Program-made: the position numbers and the translations under genes
Shown: piece by piece, positions 1-12,957 of the stretch
Position numbering within the stretch: the stretch's first letter is position 1
Layout: each line of letters opens with the position of its first letter
Source: Escherichia coli
GTDB taxonomy: Bacteria > Pseudomonadota > Gammaproteobacteria > Enterobacterales > Enterobacteriaceae
Direction: 5' to 3' (one strand)
Length of the DNA: 64,000 bases
Assembly: GCF_036507355.1 (NCBI RefSeq)
Contig: NZ_AP027877.1
Notes under the pieces: model-generated
The model's input: only the letters and a program-made list of their open reading frames with translations
Told to the model about the DNA's origin: nothing
Database searches by the model: none

Positions 1-357
1 GGTGCTCTGACGCGGGTCACGCGGCAACGCTTCGTAATCCGCCCAGTTTTTTTCCGCCTGTTTCAGCGAAATACTGGCACTCTCCATCAGCTCAGCAACG
101 GTTGAACCGCTACCAATATTATTCTGATCCATCATGTAGCGGATACCCGCGCGGTTGAGGGTGTTACGCGTCTGCAACAACGCGACCCAGCTGCCATTCA
201 GCGTGGATTGCTGCTGGCGAATGGTTTGTAAAACAGTGAAATTTTCTTTGTCATTCTTTAAGGCATTAAAGAACAGACCGCCTGATGTCAGTTGTAAAAG
301 GCCAAAAACGGCCAAAACCAGCAGTAAGCTGGTCACAATTTTGATACGTTTTAACAT
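1..357 (-). CDS. tsr: Methyl-accepting chemotaxis protein I (serine chemoreceptor), N-terminal 119 codons; gene continues beyond the window start
   Basis: Reverse-strand translation from the ATG at 357 gives [36 protein letters not shown]..., which matches my memory of the Tsr N-terminus. Not in the ORF track because the stop lies outside the window. Confidence 0.85.
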   Translation of the reverse strand, partial: MLKRIKIVTSLLLVLAVFGLLQLTSGGLFFNALKNDKENFTVLQTIRQQQSTLNGSWVALLQTRNTLNRAGIRYMMDQNNIGSGSTVAELMESASISLKQAEKNWADYEALPRDPRQST

Positions 358-569
358 GGTTTCTCTTTCCTGTGGACCGATGCAAGATTTTCGGCCAGGA
401 AAGGAAAAACTTTATGAATATCCCGCGGAGATTACGCCGAGTAATTTTATTCACACTCTGAATTTAAAAAGCCATTATTTACATAAATTACTCACAATAT
501 AAATATGTGATATGAATCACATATTTATCGTCACTTAAACGACGCCTTTGCCGCTCAACCGCAAAACTG

Positions 570-598
570 ACCGCTTACATCCCTAAAATAACCACTCA
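570..598 (+). promoter_or_regulatory. Putative BtsR (YehT) binding site upstream of btsT: direct repeat ACCGCTTA-N13-ACCACTCA
   Basis: Direct repeat with 13-nt spacer seen in the tsr-btsT intergenic region; matches the ACC[G/A]CT[C/T]A-N13 motif as I recall it for the yjiY promoter. Confidence 0.45.
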
Positions 599-733
599 GT
601 TATTTACCTTACTTTACGCGCGCGTAACTCTGGCAACATCACTACAGGATAGCGGTCAATTTACCTCCTCAAACGCAACGCAAACCTAGAACGGCTTCGG
701 CCAACTATTAATCAATACATGCCAGGTTTTACT

Positions 734-2884
734 ATGGATACTAAAAAGATATTCAAGCACATACCCTGGGTGATTCTCGGAATCATCGGTGCATTCTGCC
801 TCGCGGTAGTTGCATTACGTCGGGGGGAGCACGTCAGCGCCCTGTGGATCGTGGTCGCCTCTGTGTCGGTGTATCTGGTGGCGTATCGCTACTACAGTCT
901 GTACATCGCCCAGAAGGTGATGAAACTCGACCCCACGCGCGCGACGCCTGCGGTTATTAACAACGACGGTCTGAACTACGTTCCGACCAACCGTTACGTG
1001 TTGTTTGGTCACCACTTCGCCGCTATCGCCGGTGCTGGTCCGCTGGTGGGTCCGGTTCTCGCCGCGCAGATGGGCTACCTGCCTGGCACGCTGTGGCTGC
1101 TGGCGGGGGTCGTGCTGGCCGGTGCGGTTCAGGACTTTATGGTGCTGTTTATCTCCTCTCGCCGTAATGGCGCATCTCTTGGTGAGATGATCAAAGAAGA
1201 GATGGGACCAGTACCGGGGACTATCGCGCTGTTTGGCTGTTTCTTAATCATGATCATCATCCTCGCCGTCCTGGCGCTGATTGTGGTTAAAGCCCTGGCC
1301 GAAAGTCCGTGGGGTGTCTTCACCGTTTGCTCAACCGTACCGATTGCGCTGTTTATGGGTATCTACATGCGCTTTATCCGTCCGGGGCGTGTGGGTGAAG
1401 TCTCTGTCATTGGTATCGTGCTGCTGGTTGCCTCTATCTACTTCGGTGGCGTGATTGCTCACGATCCGTACTGGGGTCCGGCACTGACCTTTAAAGACAC
1501 CACCATTACCTTCGCGCTGATTGGCTATGCGTTTGTTTCCGCACTGCTGCCGGTGTGGCTGATCCTCGCACCGCGCGACTATCTGGCAACCTTCCTGAAA
1601 ATCGGCGTTATCGTCGGCCTGGCGCTGGGTATCGTGGTGCTGAACCCGGAACTGAAAATGCCTGCGATGACCCAGTACATTGACGGTACTGGCCCGCTGT
1701 GGAAAGGCGCTCTGTTCCCGTTCCTGTTCATCACCATCGCCTGTGGTGCGGTATCTGGCTTCCACGCGCTGATCTCTTCCGGTACGACGCCGAAACTGCT
1801 GGCTAACGAAACCGACGCGCGTTTCATTGGCTACGGCGCAATGCTGATGGAGTCCTTCGTGGCGATTATGGCGCTGGTTGCTGCGTCCATCATCGAACCG
1901 GGTCTTTACTTCGCGATGAATACCCCGCCTGCGGGCCTTGGCATCACCATGCCTAACCTGCATGAAATGGGTGGCGAGAACGCGCCGATCATCATGGCGC
2001 AGCTGAAAGACGTTACCGCACACGCGGCGGCGACCGTCAGCTCCTGGGGCTTCGTGATTTCGCCAGAGCAGATCCTGCAAACCGCGAAAGACATTGGTGA
2101 GCCTTCTGTCCTGAACCGTGCAGGTGGTGCGCCGACGCTGGCGGTAGGTATCGCTCATGTGTTCCACAAAGTGCTGCCGATGGCTGACATGGGCTTCTGG
2201 TATCACTTCGGTATTCTGTTCGAAGCCCTGTTCATCCTGACCGCGCTGGATGCGGGTACCCGTTCTGGCCGCTTTATGCTGCAAGACCTGCTGGGTAACT
2301 TCATCCCGTTCCTGAAAAAAACCGACTCTCTGGTTGCCGGTATCATCGGTACTGCGGGCTGTGTGGGTCTGTGGGGCTACCTGCTGTATCAGGGCGTGGT
2401 CGATCCGCTGGGCGGCGTTAAGAGCCTGTGGCCGCTGTTCGGTATCTCCAACCAGATGCTGGCAGCCGTAGCGCTGGTACTGGGCACCGTTGTGCTGATT
2501 AAGATGAAGCGCACCCAATACATCTGGGTAACTGTTGTTCCGGCTGTATGGCTGCTTATCTGCACCACCTGGGCGCTGGGTCTGAAACTGTTCAGCACCA
2601 ACCCGCAGATGGAAGGCTTCTTCTACATGGCAAGCCAGTACAAAGAGAAGATTGCTAACGGTACTGACCTGACGGCGCAGCAGATTGCCAACATGAACCA
2701 CATCGTTGTGAACAACTACACCAACGCGGGCCTGAGTATTCTGTTCCTGATTGTGGTGTACAGCATCATCTTCTACGGTTTCAAAACCTGGCTTGCGGTG
2801 CGTAACAGCGACAAACGTACTGACAAAGAAACACCGTACGTTCCAATCCCGGAAGGCGGCGTGAAGATCTCTTCGCACCACTAA
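734..2884 (+). CDS. btsT: Pyruvate/H+ symporter, CstA family
   Basis: 721-aa ORF; from MDTKKIFKHIPWVILG it matches my memory of YjiY/BtsT. Start moved to the internal ATG. Confidence 0.9.
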   Translation: MDTKKIFKHIPWVILGIIGAFCLAVVALRRGEHVSALWIVVASVSVYLVAYRYYSLYIAQKVMKLDPTRATPAVINNDGLNYVPTNRYVLFGHHFAAIAGAGPLVGPVLAAQMGYLPGTLWLLAGVVLAGAVQDFMVLFISSRRNGASLGEMIKEEMGPVPGTIALFGCFLIMIIILAVLALIVVKALAESPWGVFTVCSTVPIALFMGIYMRFIRPGRVGEVSVIGIVLLVASIYFGGVIAHDPYWGPALTFKDTTITFALIGYAFVSALLPVWLILAPRDYLATFLKIGVIVGLALGIVVLNPELKMPAMTQYIDGTGPLWKGALFPFLFITIACGAVSGFHALISSGTTPKLLANETDARFIGYGAMLMESFVAIMALVAASIIEPGLYFAMNTPPAGLGITMPNLHEMGGENAPIIMAQLKDVTAHAAATVSSWGFVISPEQILQTAKDIGEPSVLNRAGGAPTLAVGIAHVFHKVLPMADMGFWYHFGILFEALFILTALDAGTRSGRFMLQDLLGNFIPFLKKTDSLVAGIIGTAGCVGLWGYLLYQGVVDPLGGVKSLWPLFGISNQMLAAVALVLGTVVLIKMKRTQYIWVTVVPAVWLLICTTWALGLKLFSTNPQMEGFFYMASQYKEKIANGTDLTAQQIANMNHIVVNNYTNAGLSILFLIVVYSIIFYGFKTWLAVRNSDKRTDKETPYVPIPEGGVKISSHH

Positions 2885-2892
2885 CCGTGTTT

Positions 2893-2920
2893 AGCCCCGC
2901 TTCGGCGGGGCTTTGTTCTT
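2893..2920 (+). terminator. Rho-independent terminator after btsT
   Basis: GC hairpin AGCCCCGC-TTCG-GCGGGGCT followed by a T-rich tract. Confidence 0.6.
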
Positions 2921-2933
2921 ATCAGAGTGAACT

Positions 2934-3137
2934 ATGTTTGGTAACTTAGGACAGGCAAAAAAATATCTCGGCCAGGCGGCAAAGATGTTGATTGGCATTC
3001 CAGACTACGACAACTACGTCGAGCATATGAAGACCAACCATCCCGACAAGCCGTACATGAGCTATGAAGAATTCTTCCGCGAACGCCAGAACGCGCGCTA
3101 CGGCAGCGATGGTAAAGGCGGTATGCGCTGTTGTTAA
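2934..3137 (+). CDS. yjiX: Small DUF466-family protein, partner of BtsT
   Basis: 67-aa [36 protein letters not shown]...; matches my memory of YjiX. Confidence 0.85.
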   Translation: MFGNLGQAKKYLGQAAKMLIGIPDYDNYVEHMKTNHPDKPYMSYEEFFRERQNARYGSDGKGGMRCC

Positions 3138-3147
3138 TGGAGAGAGC

Positions 3148-4104
3148 ATGAACCCGATTGCAGTTACCCTACTCACCGGTTTTTTAGGCGCGGGAAAAAC
3201 CACCCTGCTGCGCCATATTCTTAACGAACAACACGGCTACAAGATTGCCGTGATTGAAAACGAATTCGGCGAAGTCTCCGTTGATGATCAACTAATTGGC
3301 GACCGCGCCACGCAGATCAAAACGCTGACCAACGGCTGCATCTGCTGTTCGCGCTCCAACGAGCTGGAAGACGCACTACTCGACCTGCTGGATAATCTCG
3401 ACAAGGGCAATATTCAGTTTGACCGTCTGGTCATTGAATGCACCGGCATGGCCGATCCCGGCCCGATTATTCAGACCTTTTTCTCCCATGAGATTTTATG
3501 CCAGCGTTACCTGCTGGACGGTGTGATTGCGCTGGTGGATGCGGTACATGCCGACGAGCAGATGAACCAGTTCACCATCGCCCAGTCCCAGGTTGGCTAC
3601 GCCGACCGTATTCTGCTGACCAAAACCGACGTCGCAGGCGAAGCAGAAAAACTGCGTGAACGCCTGGCGCGCATCAACGCCCGTGCACCGGTCTACACCG
3701 TCACCCACGGCGACATCGACCTGGGCCTGCTGTTCAACACCAACGGTTTTATGCTGGAAGAGAACGTCGTCAGCACCAAACCGCGTTTCCACTTTATCGC
3801 GGATAAACAAAACGATATTTCGTCGATTGTGGTGGAACTGGATTACCCGGTAGATATCAGCGAAGTTTCCCGGGTGATGGAAAACCTGCTTCTGGAATCG
3901 GCAGATAAACTGCTGCGTTACAAAGGGATGCTGTGGATTGACGGCGAACCTAACCGCCTGCTGTTCCAGGGCGTCCAGCGCCTCTACAGCGCCGACTGGG
4001 ACCGCCCGTGGGGCGATGAAAAACCGCATAGCACAATGGTGTTTATCGGGATTCAGTTGCCGGAGGAAGAGATTCGGGCAGCGTTTGCGGGGTTGAGGAA
4101 GTAA
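3148..4104 (+). CDS. yjiA: CobW/HypB-family GTPase (zinc-binding)
   Basis: From MNPIAVTLLTGFLGAGKTT: P-loop GxxGxGK and a CICC motif. The track ORF starts 28 codons upstream; I prefer the internal start. Confidence 0.85.
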   Translation: MNPIAVTLLTGFLGAGKTTLLRHILNEQHGYKIAVIENEFGEVSVDDQLIGDRATQIKTLTNGCICCSRSNELEDALLDLLDNLDKGNIQFDRLVIECTGMADPGPIIQTFFSHEILCQRYLLDGVIALVDAVHADEQMNQFTIAQSQVGYADRILLTKTDVAGEAEKLRERLARINARAPVYTVTHGDIDLGLLFNTNGFMLEENVVSTKPRFHFIADKQNDISSIVVELDYPVDISEVSRVMENLLLESADKLLRYKGMLWIDGEPNRLLFQGVQRLYSADWDRPWGDEKPHSTMVFIGIQLPEEEIRAAFAGLRK

Positions 4105-4115
4105 TTTTGGATGAT

Positions 4116-4147
4116 GGCCGCCATGTGGCGGCCTGAATTATTTTTTG
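4116..4147. terminator. Hairpin plus T-tract between convergent yjiA and the antitoxin gene; possibly bidirectional
   Basis: GGCCGCCATGTGGCGGCC stem-loop followed by TTATTTTTTG. Confidence 0.5.
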
Positions 4148-4440
4148 TTCTGATCGCGCAGCATCGCTTCACGTAAAATTGCGTTCAGGCGAGTTTGATA
4201 GCCTTTACCTGGTCGCTTCAACCATTCCATCACATCAGCATCAATACGCACCGAAGCCTGAGTTTTCAATGGCCGATAAAACTTACCGCGTTCGGCGTTA
4301 GACCATTGCTCATCGCTGGAAGGTGGGATATCACTGTAATCAATATCTTCGTCGGATTTATTCGCCAGCGCCTTCAGTTCGGCCTCATGCTGCACATCGA
4401 GTGTAGAGGAGGTCCCTCGTTTATGTTTAACCATGCTCAT
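4138..4440 (-). CDS. BrnA-like antitoxin
   Basis: C-terminal ...GKGYQTRLNAILREAM resembles BrnA-family antitoxins. Start taken at the internal Met (MSMVKHK); the track ORF extends further upstream and overlaps the toxin gene. Confidence 0.55.
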   Translation of the reverse strand: MSMVKHKRGTSSTLDVQHEAELKALANKSDEDIDYSDIPPSSDEQWSNAERGKFYRPLKTQASVRIDADVMEWLKRPGKGYQTRLNAILREAMLRDQNKK

Positions 4441-4714
4441 AGCGATTCCTCTCTTTACGATCTGCTTTTCGTGCACTGATGATTCGAATAATTTCATTTC
4501 CGCTTTCGAAACGGATGGTATGCGCAACCAGAATAACCACGATGCCGTAAACCAGGCCGATTGTCTGCCAGCGATACTCACCGTTTTCTATGCGTTCTTG
4601 CTGTGACAAATGTTGTGGATCATCAAACAATAACACCGCATCTTCAAAGCGGATGCCATGTTTCACCCGATTACTTTTGGCCTTGTTTTCATCCCATTCA
4701 AACTCCATTGGCAT
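4427..4714 (-). CDS. BrnT-like toxin (DUF497)
   Basis: MEFEWDENKAKSNRVKHGIRFEDAVLLFDDP...IRIISARKA matches the BrnT pattern as I recall it. Toxin gene lies upstream of and overlaps the antitoxin gene. Confidence 0.65.
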   Translation of the reverse strand: MPMEFEWDENKAKSNRVKHGIRFEDAVLLFDDPQHLSQQERIENGEYRWQTIGLVYGIVVILVAHTIRFESGNEIIRIISARKADRKERNRYEHG

Positions 4715-4912
4715 AATTGCCATCCCTAATTGTATATACAAAAATGTATCTACAATTATTCTGCAATTATAGCGTTGATGTTGGAAATAGCATCACGTTT
4801 CGAATAATCAACCATGAAATTGACAATGAGTAAGTTGGACTTGATTCATCCAATAGAATTTCTCGCCTGACATGGCACACTAAACACCTCGCTGTCGGGT
4901 AATGACTCCAAC

Positions 4913-5415
4913 TTACTGATAGTGTTTTATGTTCAGATAATGCCCGATGGCCTTGTCATGCAGCTCCACCGATTTTGAGAACGACAGTGACTTCCGTCCC
5001 AGCCTTGCCAGATGTTGTCTCAGATTCAGATTATGTCGCTCAATGCGCTGAGTGTAACGCTTGCTGATAACGTGCAGCTTTCCCTTCAGGCGTGATTCAT
5101 ACAGCGGCCAGCCATCCGTCATCTATACTACGACCTCAAAGGCCGACAGCAGGCTCAGAAGACGCTCCAGTGTGGCCAGAGTGCGTTCACCGAAGACGTG
5201 GCCACAACCGTCCTCCGTATCCTGTCATACGCGTAAAACAGCCAGCGCTGACGTGATTTAGCACCGACGTAGCCCCAATGTTCGTCCATTTCAGCGCAGA
5301 CAATCACATCACTGCCCGGTTGTATGCGCGAGGTTACCGACTGCGGCCTGAGTTTTTTAAGTGACGTAAAACCGTGTTGAGGCCAACGCCCATAATGCGT
5401 GCACTGGCGCGACAT
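4913..5415 (-). pseudogene. insB: IS1 insB broken into two ORF fragments (4913-5122 and 5155-5415)
   Basis: Copy 2 has a continuous 167-aa InsB ORF; here the same protein is split across two frames. Confidence 0.6.
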
Positions 5416-5609
5416 CCGACGCCATTCATGGCCATATCAATGATTTTCTGGTGCGTACCGGGCTGAGAGGCGGTGTAAGTGAACTGCAGTTGCCATGTTT
5501 TACGGCAATGAGAGCAGAGATAGCGCTGATGTCCGGCAGTGCTTTTGCCGTTACGCACCACGCCTTCAGTAGCGGAGCAGGAAGGACATCTGATGGAAAT
5601 GGAAGCCAC
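5334..5609 (-). CDS. insA: IS1 InsA
   Basis: 91-aa [46 protein letters not shown]... Confidence 0.85.
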   Translation of the reverse strand: MASISIRCPSCSATEGVVRNGKSTAGHQRYLCSHCRKTWQLQFTYTASQPGTHQKIIDMAMNGVGCRASARIMGVGLNTVLRHLKNSGRSR

Positions 5610-5923
5610 GCAAGCACCTTAAAATCACCATCATACACTAAATCAGTAAGTTGGCAGCATTACCAAATTTTAATTACACTTAAGGTGTATATTTTCTATG
5701 CAAGCCATCAATTAAAGAGGTGTAATGTGCTGATGACTATTTGTAATCGTTATACATTCTGACCTGGAGTCAGAAGGTATTTCTCTGTCTGTGTATTCGC
5801 AGGCAGTGTGGTTGATTACATGAAATTCAGTACATTTGTCCTTCTCGCCTGCCTTTCGTCATTACCGACGGTATTGAATTTCGTTTTCCCCATTGGGGTT
5901 CTCCGGACAAGGAGTTGTTTGTT

Positions 5924-7156
5924 ATGCCACGTTTTTTTGCCCGCCATGCCGCCACGCTGTTTTTCCCGATGGCGTTGATTTTGTATGACTTTGCTGCGTA
6001 TCTGTCGACGGACCTGATCCAGCCAGGGATCATTAATGTGGTCCGTGATTTTAATGCCGATGTCAGTCTGGCCCCGGCTGCCGTCAGTCTCTATCTCGCT
6101 GGAGGCATGGCATTGCAGTGGCTGCTGGGGCCGCTTTCCGACAGGGTTGGCCGCAGGCCGGTGCTGATTACCGGGGCGCTAATATTTACCCTTGCCTGTG
6201 CTGCGACAATGTTCACAACGTCTATGACACAGTTTCTTATCGCGCGTGCAATTCAGGGCACCAGTATCTGTTTTATTGCCACCGTTGGTTATGTCACGGT
6301 GCAGGAGGCGTTCGGACAGACAAAAGGGATCAAGTTGATGGCGATTATCACCTCCATCGTACTGATTGCGCCGATTATTGGCCCGCTTTCCGGCGCAGCT
6401 CTGATGCACTTTGTGCACTGGAAAGTCCTTTTTGCCATCATTGCGGTTATGGGTTTTATCTCATTTGTTGGCTTACTGCTGGCGATGCCAGAGACGGTGA
6501 AGCGCGGCGCGGTTCCATTTAGCGCCAAAAGCGTCTTGCGCGATTTTCGTAATGTCTTTTGCAATCGGCTGTTCCTCTTTGGCGCAGCAACCATCTCTTT
6601 AAGCTATATCCCCATGATGAGTTGGGTGGCTGTCTCGCCGGTGATCCTGATCGACGCGGGCGGCTTAACAACTTCGCAGTTCGCCTGGACACAGGTTCCG
6701 GTGTTCGGCGCGGTGATTGTCGCGAATGCCATCGTGGCGCGTTTCGTTAAAGATCCGACCGAACCGCGCTTTATCTGGCGTGCCGTACCCCTTCAACTGG
6801 TTGGCCTCGCGCTGTTGATTATCGGCAATCTGCTGTCACCGCACGTCTGGCTGTGGTCGGTGCTGGGCACCAGTCTGTATGCTTTCGGGATTGGTTTGAT
6901 TTTCCCGACCTTATTCCGCTTTACGCTGTTTTCCAATAACTTACCGAAAGGGACCGTCTCCGCATCGCTGAATATGGTGATCCTGATGGTGATGTCTGTC
7001 TCGGTCGAAATCGGCCGCTGGCTGTGGTTTAACAGCGGTCGCTTGCAGTTTCATCTGTTAGCCGTTGTGGCAGGCGTTATCGTCGTTTTCACCCTGGCCG
7101 GATTGCTTAATCGCGTGCGCCAACATCAGGCTGCCGAGCTGGCGGAGGAGCGGTGA
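5924..7156 (+). CDS. mdtM: MFS multidrug efflux transporter
   Basis: From [35 protein letters not shown] matches my memory of MdtM; hydrophobic multi-TM profile. Confidence 0.9.
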   Translation: MPRFFARHAATLFFPMALILYDFAAYLSTDLIQPGIINVVRDFNADVSLAPAAVSLYLAGGMALQWLLGPLSDRVGRRPVLITGALIFTLACAATMFTTSMTQFLIARAIQGTSICFIATVGYVTVQEAFGQTKGIKLMAIITSIVLIAPIIGPLSGAALMHFVHWKVLFAIIAVMGFISFVGLLLAMPETVKRGAVPFSAKSVLRDFRNVFCNRLFLFGAATISLSYIPMMSWVAVSPVILIDAGGLTTSQFAWTQVPVFGAVIVANAIVARFVKDPTEPRFIWRAVPLQLVGLALLIIGNLLSPHVWLWSVLGTSLYAFGIGLIFPTLFRFTLFSNNLPKGTVSASLNMVILMVMSVSVEIGRWLWFNSGRLQFHLLAVVAGVIVVFTLAGLLNRVRQHQAAELAEER

Positions 7157-7196
7157 TTTTTGCGCGATCCTGCCGTCAGGCTCTATTCTTAACATT

Positions 7197-8477
7197 ATGA
7201 ATAAACTCATTGAACTCAGACGCGCCAAAATGTTGGCGCTCTCTTTACTGCTTATCGCCGCTGCTACCTTTGTCGTTACGCTGTTTTTGCCGCCTAATTT
7301 TTGGGTGAGCGGCGTGAAGGCGATTGCTGAAGCGGCGATGGTCGGCGCGCTGGCGGACTGGTTTGCGGTGGTGGCGCTGTTTCGCCGCGTGCCGATTCCG
7401 ATCATTTCTCGTCATACGGCGATTATTCCGCGTAATAAAGACCGGATTGGCGAAAATCTCGGCCAGTTCGTGCAGGAAAAATTTCTCGATACCCAATCGC
7501 TGGTGGCATTGATTCGACGTCACGAACCGGCGTTGTTGATTGGCAACTGGTTTAGTCAGCCAGAAAACGCCCGCCGCGTTGGTCAGCATCTGTTGCAGAT
7601 CATGAGCGGTTTTCTTGAACTAACCGATGATGCGCGTATTCAGCGCCTGCTTAAGCGCGCGGTCCACCGGGCGATTGATAAAGTCGATCTTTCTGGCACC
7701 AGTGCGTTGATGCTGGAGAGTATGACTAAAAACGATCGTCATCAGGTGCTGCTGGATACGCTGATCGCACAGTTGATCGCCCTTCTCCAGCGCGATAAAT
7801 CGCGCAAGTTTATTGCCCAGCAAATTGTTCGCTGGCTGGAGAGCGAGCATCCACTGAAAGCCAAAATTTTGCCCACTGAATGGCTGGGCGAACATAGCGC
7901 GGAGTTGGTTTCTGACGCGGTGAATTCTTTGCTTGATGATATCAGCCGCGATCGTGCGCATCAGATCCGCCATGCGTTTGATCGCGCTACCTTCGCCCTG
8001 ATCGAGAAACTGAAAAACGATCCGGAAATGGCGGCGCGAGCCGATGCCGTAAAAAGCTATCTGAAAGAAGATGAAGCTTTTAACCGCTATCTCAGTGAAT
8101 TGTGGGGGGATTTACGGGAATGGCTGAAAGCGGATATCAACAGTGAAGATTCTCGTGTGAAAGAACGTATCGCGCGGGCTGGTCAATGGTTTGGCGAAAC
8201 GTTAATTGCCGATGATGCCTTGCGGGCGTCGTTAAATGGTCATCTGGAACAAGCCGCACACCGCATTGCGCCTGAGTTTTCCGCATTCCTGACTCGCCAT
8301 ATCAGCGACACGGTAAAAAGCTGGGACGCACGGGATATGTCGCGGCAAATCGAGTTAAATATCGGCAAAGATCTCCAGTTTATCCGTGTCAACGGTACGC
8401 TGGTTGGCGGTTGTATTGGACTTATTTTGTATTTGCTGTCGCAGCTCCCGGCCTTGTTCCCCCTCGGCAATTTATAG
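7197..8477 (+). CDS. yjiN: DUF445 inner-membrane protein
   Basis: From [27 protein letters not shown]; the ATG at 7197 was checked in the sequence. The track ORF carries a 44-codon N-terminal extension that overlaps mdtM. Confidence 0.8.
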   Translation: MNKLIELRRAKMLALSLLLIAAATFVVTLFLPPNFWVSGVKAIAEAAMVGALADWFAVVALFRRVPIPIISRHTAIIPRNKDRIGENLGQFVQEKFLDTQSLVALIRRHEPALLIGNWFSQPENARRVGQHLLQIMSGFLELTDDARIQRLLKRAVHRAIDKVDLSGTSALMLESMTKNDRHQVLLDTLIAQLIALLQRDKSRKFIAQQIVRWLESEHPLKAKILPTEWLGEHSAELVSDAVNSLLDDISRDRAHQIRHAFDRATFALIEKLKNDPEMAARADAVKSYLKEDEAFNRYLSELWGDLREWLKADINSEDSRVKERIARAGQWFGETLIADDALRASLNGHLEQAAHRIAPEFSAFLTRHISDTVKSWDARDMSRQIELNIGKDLQFIRVNGTLVGGCIGLILYLLSQLPALFPLGNL

Positions 8478-8592
8478 AAATCCATGAAAAACTAAGTGGC
8501 TAACCGCGAGAGAGATCAAATAAACCACACTAAAAGAATGGTAATAATGTGGCCTCTTTTCATTATCTCCCGTGGTACGGGGAAGGAAAATC

Positions 8593-9254
8593 ATGTCACT
8601 TGTCACCGATCTACCCGCCATTTTCGATCAGTTCTCTGAAGCTCGCCAGAAAGGCTTTCTCACCGTCATGGATCTCAAGGAGCGCGGCATTCCGCTGGTT
8701 GGCACCTACTGCACCTTTATGCCGCAAGAGCTCCCGATGGCAGCCGGTGCGGTTGTGGTTTCGCTATGTTCCACCTCTGATGAAACCATTGAAGAAGCCG
8801 AGAAAGATCTGCCGCGCAACCTCTGCCCGCTGATTAAAAGCAGCTACGGCTTCGGCAAAACCGATAAATGCCCCTACTTCTACTTTTCTGATCTGGTGGT
8901 CGGTGAAACCACCTGCGACGGCAAAAAGAAAATGTATGAATACATGGCGGAGTTTAAGCCCGTTCATGTGATGCAACTGCCAAACAGCGTTAAGGACGAT
9001 GCCTCGCGTGCATTATGGAAAGCCGAGATGCTGCGCTTGCAAAAAACGGTAGAAGAACGTTTTGGGCACGAGATTAGCGAAGATGCTCTGCGCGATGCCA
9101 TTGCGCTGAAAAACCGCGAACGTCGCGCACTGGCCAACTTTTATCATTTGGGGCAGTTAAATCCTCCAGCGCTTAGCGGCAGCGACATTCTGAAAGTAGT
9201 CTACGGCGCAACCTTCCGGTTCGATAAAGAGGCGTTGATCAATGAACTGGATGC

Positions 9255-9258
<4 letters not shown>
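8593..9258 (+). CDS. yjiM: 2-hydroxyacyl-CoA dehydratase component (HgdB-like), N-terminal ORF of a split yjiM
   Basis: MSLVTDLPAIFDQFSEARQKGFLTVMDLKERGIPLVGTYCTFMPQE...; ends ...ELDA at a TGA that overlaps the next ATG. Confidence 0.7.
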
Positions 9259-10520
<1,262 letters not shown>

Positions 10521-10691
10521 AAGAGTATCTGTTTTTATTTCACTCCACGGTCGGCGTCATACAAACCCGCAAGGCGTTGCAGGCAGCGGGCATGACTTTT
10601 CGCGTCAGCGATATTCCCCGTGATTTACGCGGCGGCTGCGGGTTATGCATTTGGCTGACCTGTCCGCCTGGCGAGGAAATTCAATGGGTGA

Positions 10692-11699
<1,008 letters not shown>

Positions 11700-11766
11700 C
11701 AGGCTGGCATGTTTCACCTTTTTGTTATTAACTTGTTAACAACAAAAATGACAAACAAGGTTAAAC

Positions 11767-12945
11767 ATGCCTTCGCCCTCGCATCCCGTAGAACGCTTTT
11801 CTTTCAGCACCGCGCTTTTCGGGATGCTGGTTCTGACCTTAGGTATGGGTTTAGGCCGCTTCCTTTATACGCCTATGTTGCCCGTCATGATGGCGGAAGG
11901 ATCGTTTTCATTTAGCCAGCTCTCGTGGATTGCCAGCGGCAACTATGCGGGGTATCTGGCTGGCAGTCTGCTATTTTCGTTTGGCGCATTTCACCAGCCA
12001 TCGCGCCTGCGCCCATTTCTGTTGGCTTCTGCCCTGGCGAGCGGGTTGTTGATCCTCGCAATGGCATGGTTGCTGCCATTTATTCTGGTGTTATTGATTC
12101 GCGTCCTGGCGGGTGTCGCCAGCGCCGGTATGCTGATTTTTGGTTCGACGCTGATTATGCAGCACACGCGCCATCCTTTTGTGCTGGCAGCTTTGTTTTC
12201 TGGCGTTGGCATTGGCATCGCACTGGGCAATGAATATGTTCTGGCAGGCCTGCATTTTGACCTCTCCTCGCAAACGTTATGGCAAGGCGCCGGGGCGCTT
12301 TCTGGCATGATGCTGATTACACTTACGCTTTTAATGCCCTCGAAAAAACACGCCATCACACCAATGCCATTGGCAAAAACGGAGCAACAGATAATGAGCT
12401 GGTGGTTACTGGCTATTCTGTACGGCCTGGCGGGATTTGGTTATATCATCGTCGCGACTTACCTGCCGCTCATGGCGAAAGATGCAGGCTCACCATTGTT
12501 AACCGCCCATCTCTGGACGTTAGTCGGCTTATCAATTGTGCCTGGTTGCTTTGGCTGGCTATGGGCAGCAAAACGTTGGGAGGCTTTGCCCTGCCTGACG
12601 GCGAATTTGCTGGTGCAGGCTATCTGTGTGCTGCTTACTCTCGCCAGCGACTCGCCTCTCTTGCTTATCATCAGCAGTCTTGGTTTTGGCGGTACCTTTA
12701 TGGGCACGACATCTCTGGTGATGACTATCGCCCGCCAACTGAGCGTACCGGGAAATCTCAATCTTTTAGGCTTTGTGACGCTCATTTACGGCATTGGACA
12801 AATCCTCGGCCCGGCGCTGACCAGTATGCTCGGCAATGGAACATCGGCGCTTGCCGGCGCCACTCTCTGCGGCGCGGCGGCGTTGTTTATTGCTGCGCTT
12901 ATCAGCACAGTACAATTATTTAAGCTGCAAGTGGTCACTTCATGA
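11767..12945 (+). CDS. yjiJ: MFS-type transporter (DUF1228)
   Basis: 392-aa hydrophobic ORF in the K-12 position of yjiJ. Confidence 0.8.
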   Translation: MPSPSHPVERFSFSTALFGMLVLTLGMGLGRFLYTPMLPVMMAEGSFSFSQLSWIASGNYAGYLAGSLLFSFGAFHQPSRLRPFLLASALASGLLILAMAWLLPFILVLLIRVLAGVASAGMLIFGSTLIMQHTRHPFVLAALFSGVGIGIALGNEYVLAGLHFDLSSQTLWQGAGALSGMMLITLTLLMPSKKHAITPMPLAKTEQQIMSWWLLAILYGLAGFGYIIVATYLPLMAKDAGSPLLTAHLWTLVGLSIVPGCFGWLWAAKRWEALPCLTANLLVQAICVLLTLASDSPLLLIISSLGFGGTFMGTTSLVMTIARQLSVPGNLNLLGFVTLIYGIGQILGPALTSMLGNGTSALAGATLCGAAALFIAALISTVQLFKLQVVTS

Positions 12946-12957
12946 GGAGTGTTTCCC

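Larger units (their letters stand above)
4898..5664 (-). mobile_element. IS1 copy 1 (about 767 bp), insB disrupted
   Basis: Begins GGTAATGACTCCAACTTA and ends GGCAGCATTACC, the IS1 terminal inverted repeats; internal sequence is near-identical to the second copy at 44284-45051. Confidence 0.85.

Noticed and set aside
155-502. 115-aa plus-strand ORF overlapping the tsr 5' end
   Set aside because: Overlaps the tsr N-terminal coding region on the opposite strand; tsr identity is clear.
1331-2881. 516-aa minus-strand ORF lying entirely inside btsT
   Set aside because: Antisense ORF within a GC-rich, well-supported coding gene; the translation is Arg/His-rich and low-complexity with no recognisable domain.
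12279-12923. 214-aa ORF in an alternative frame within yjiJ
   Set aside because: Same-strand alternative-frame ORF inside a membrane-transporter gene; Arg-rich translation typical of off-frame GC-rich sequence.
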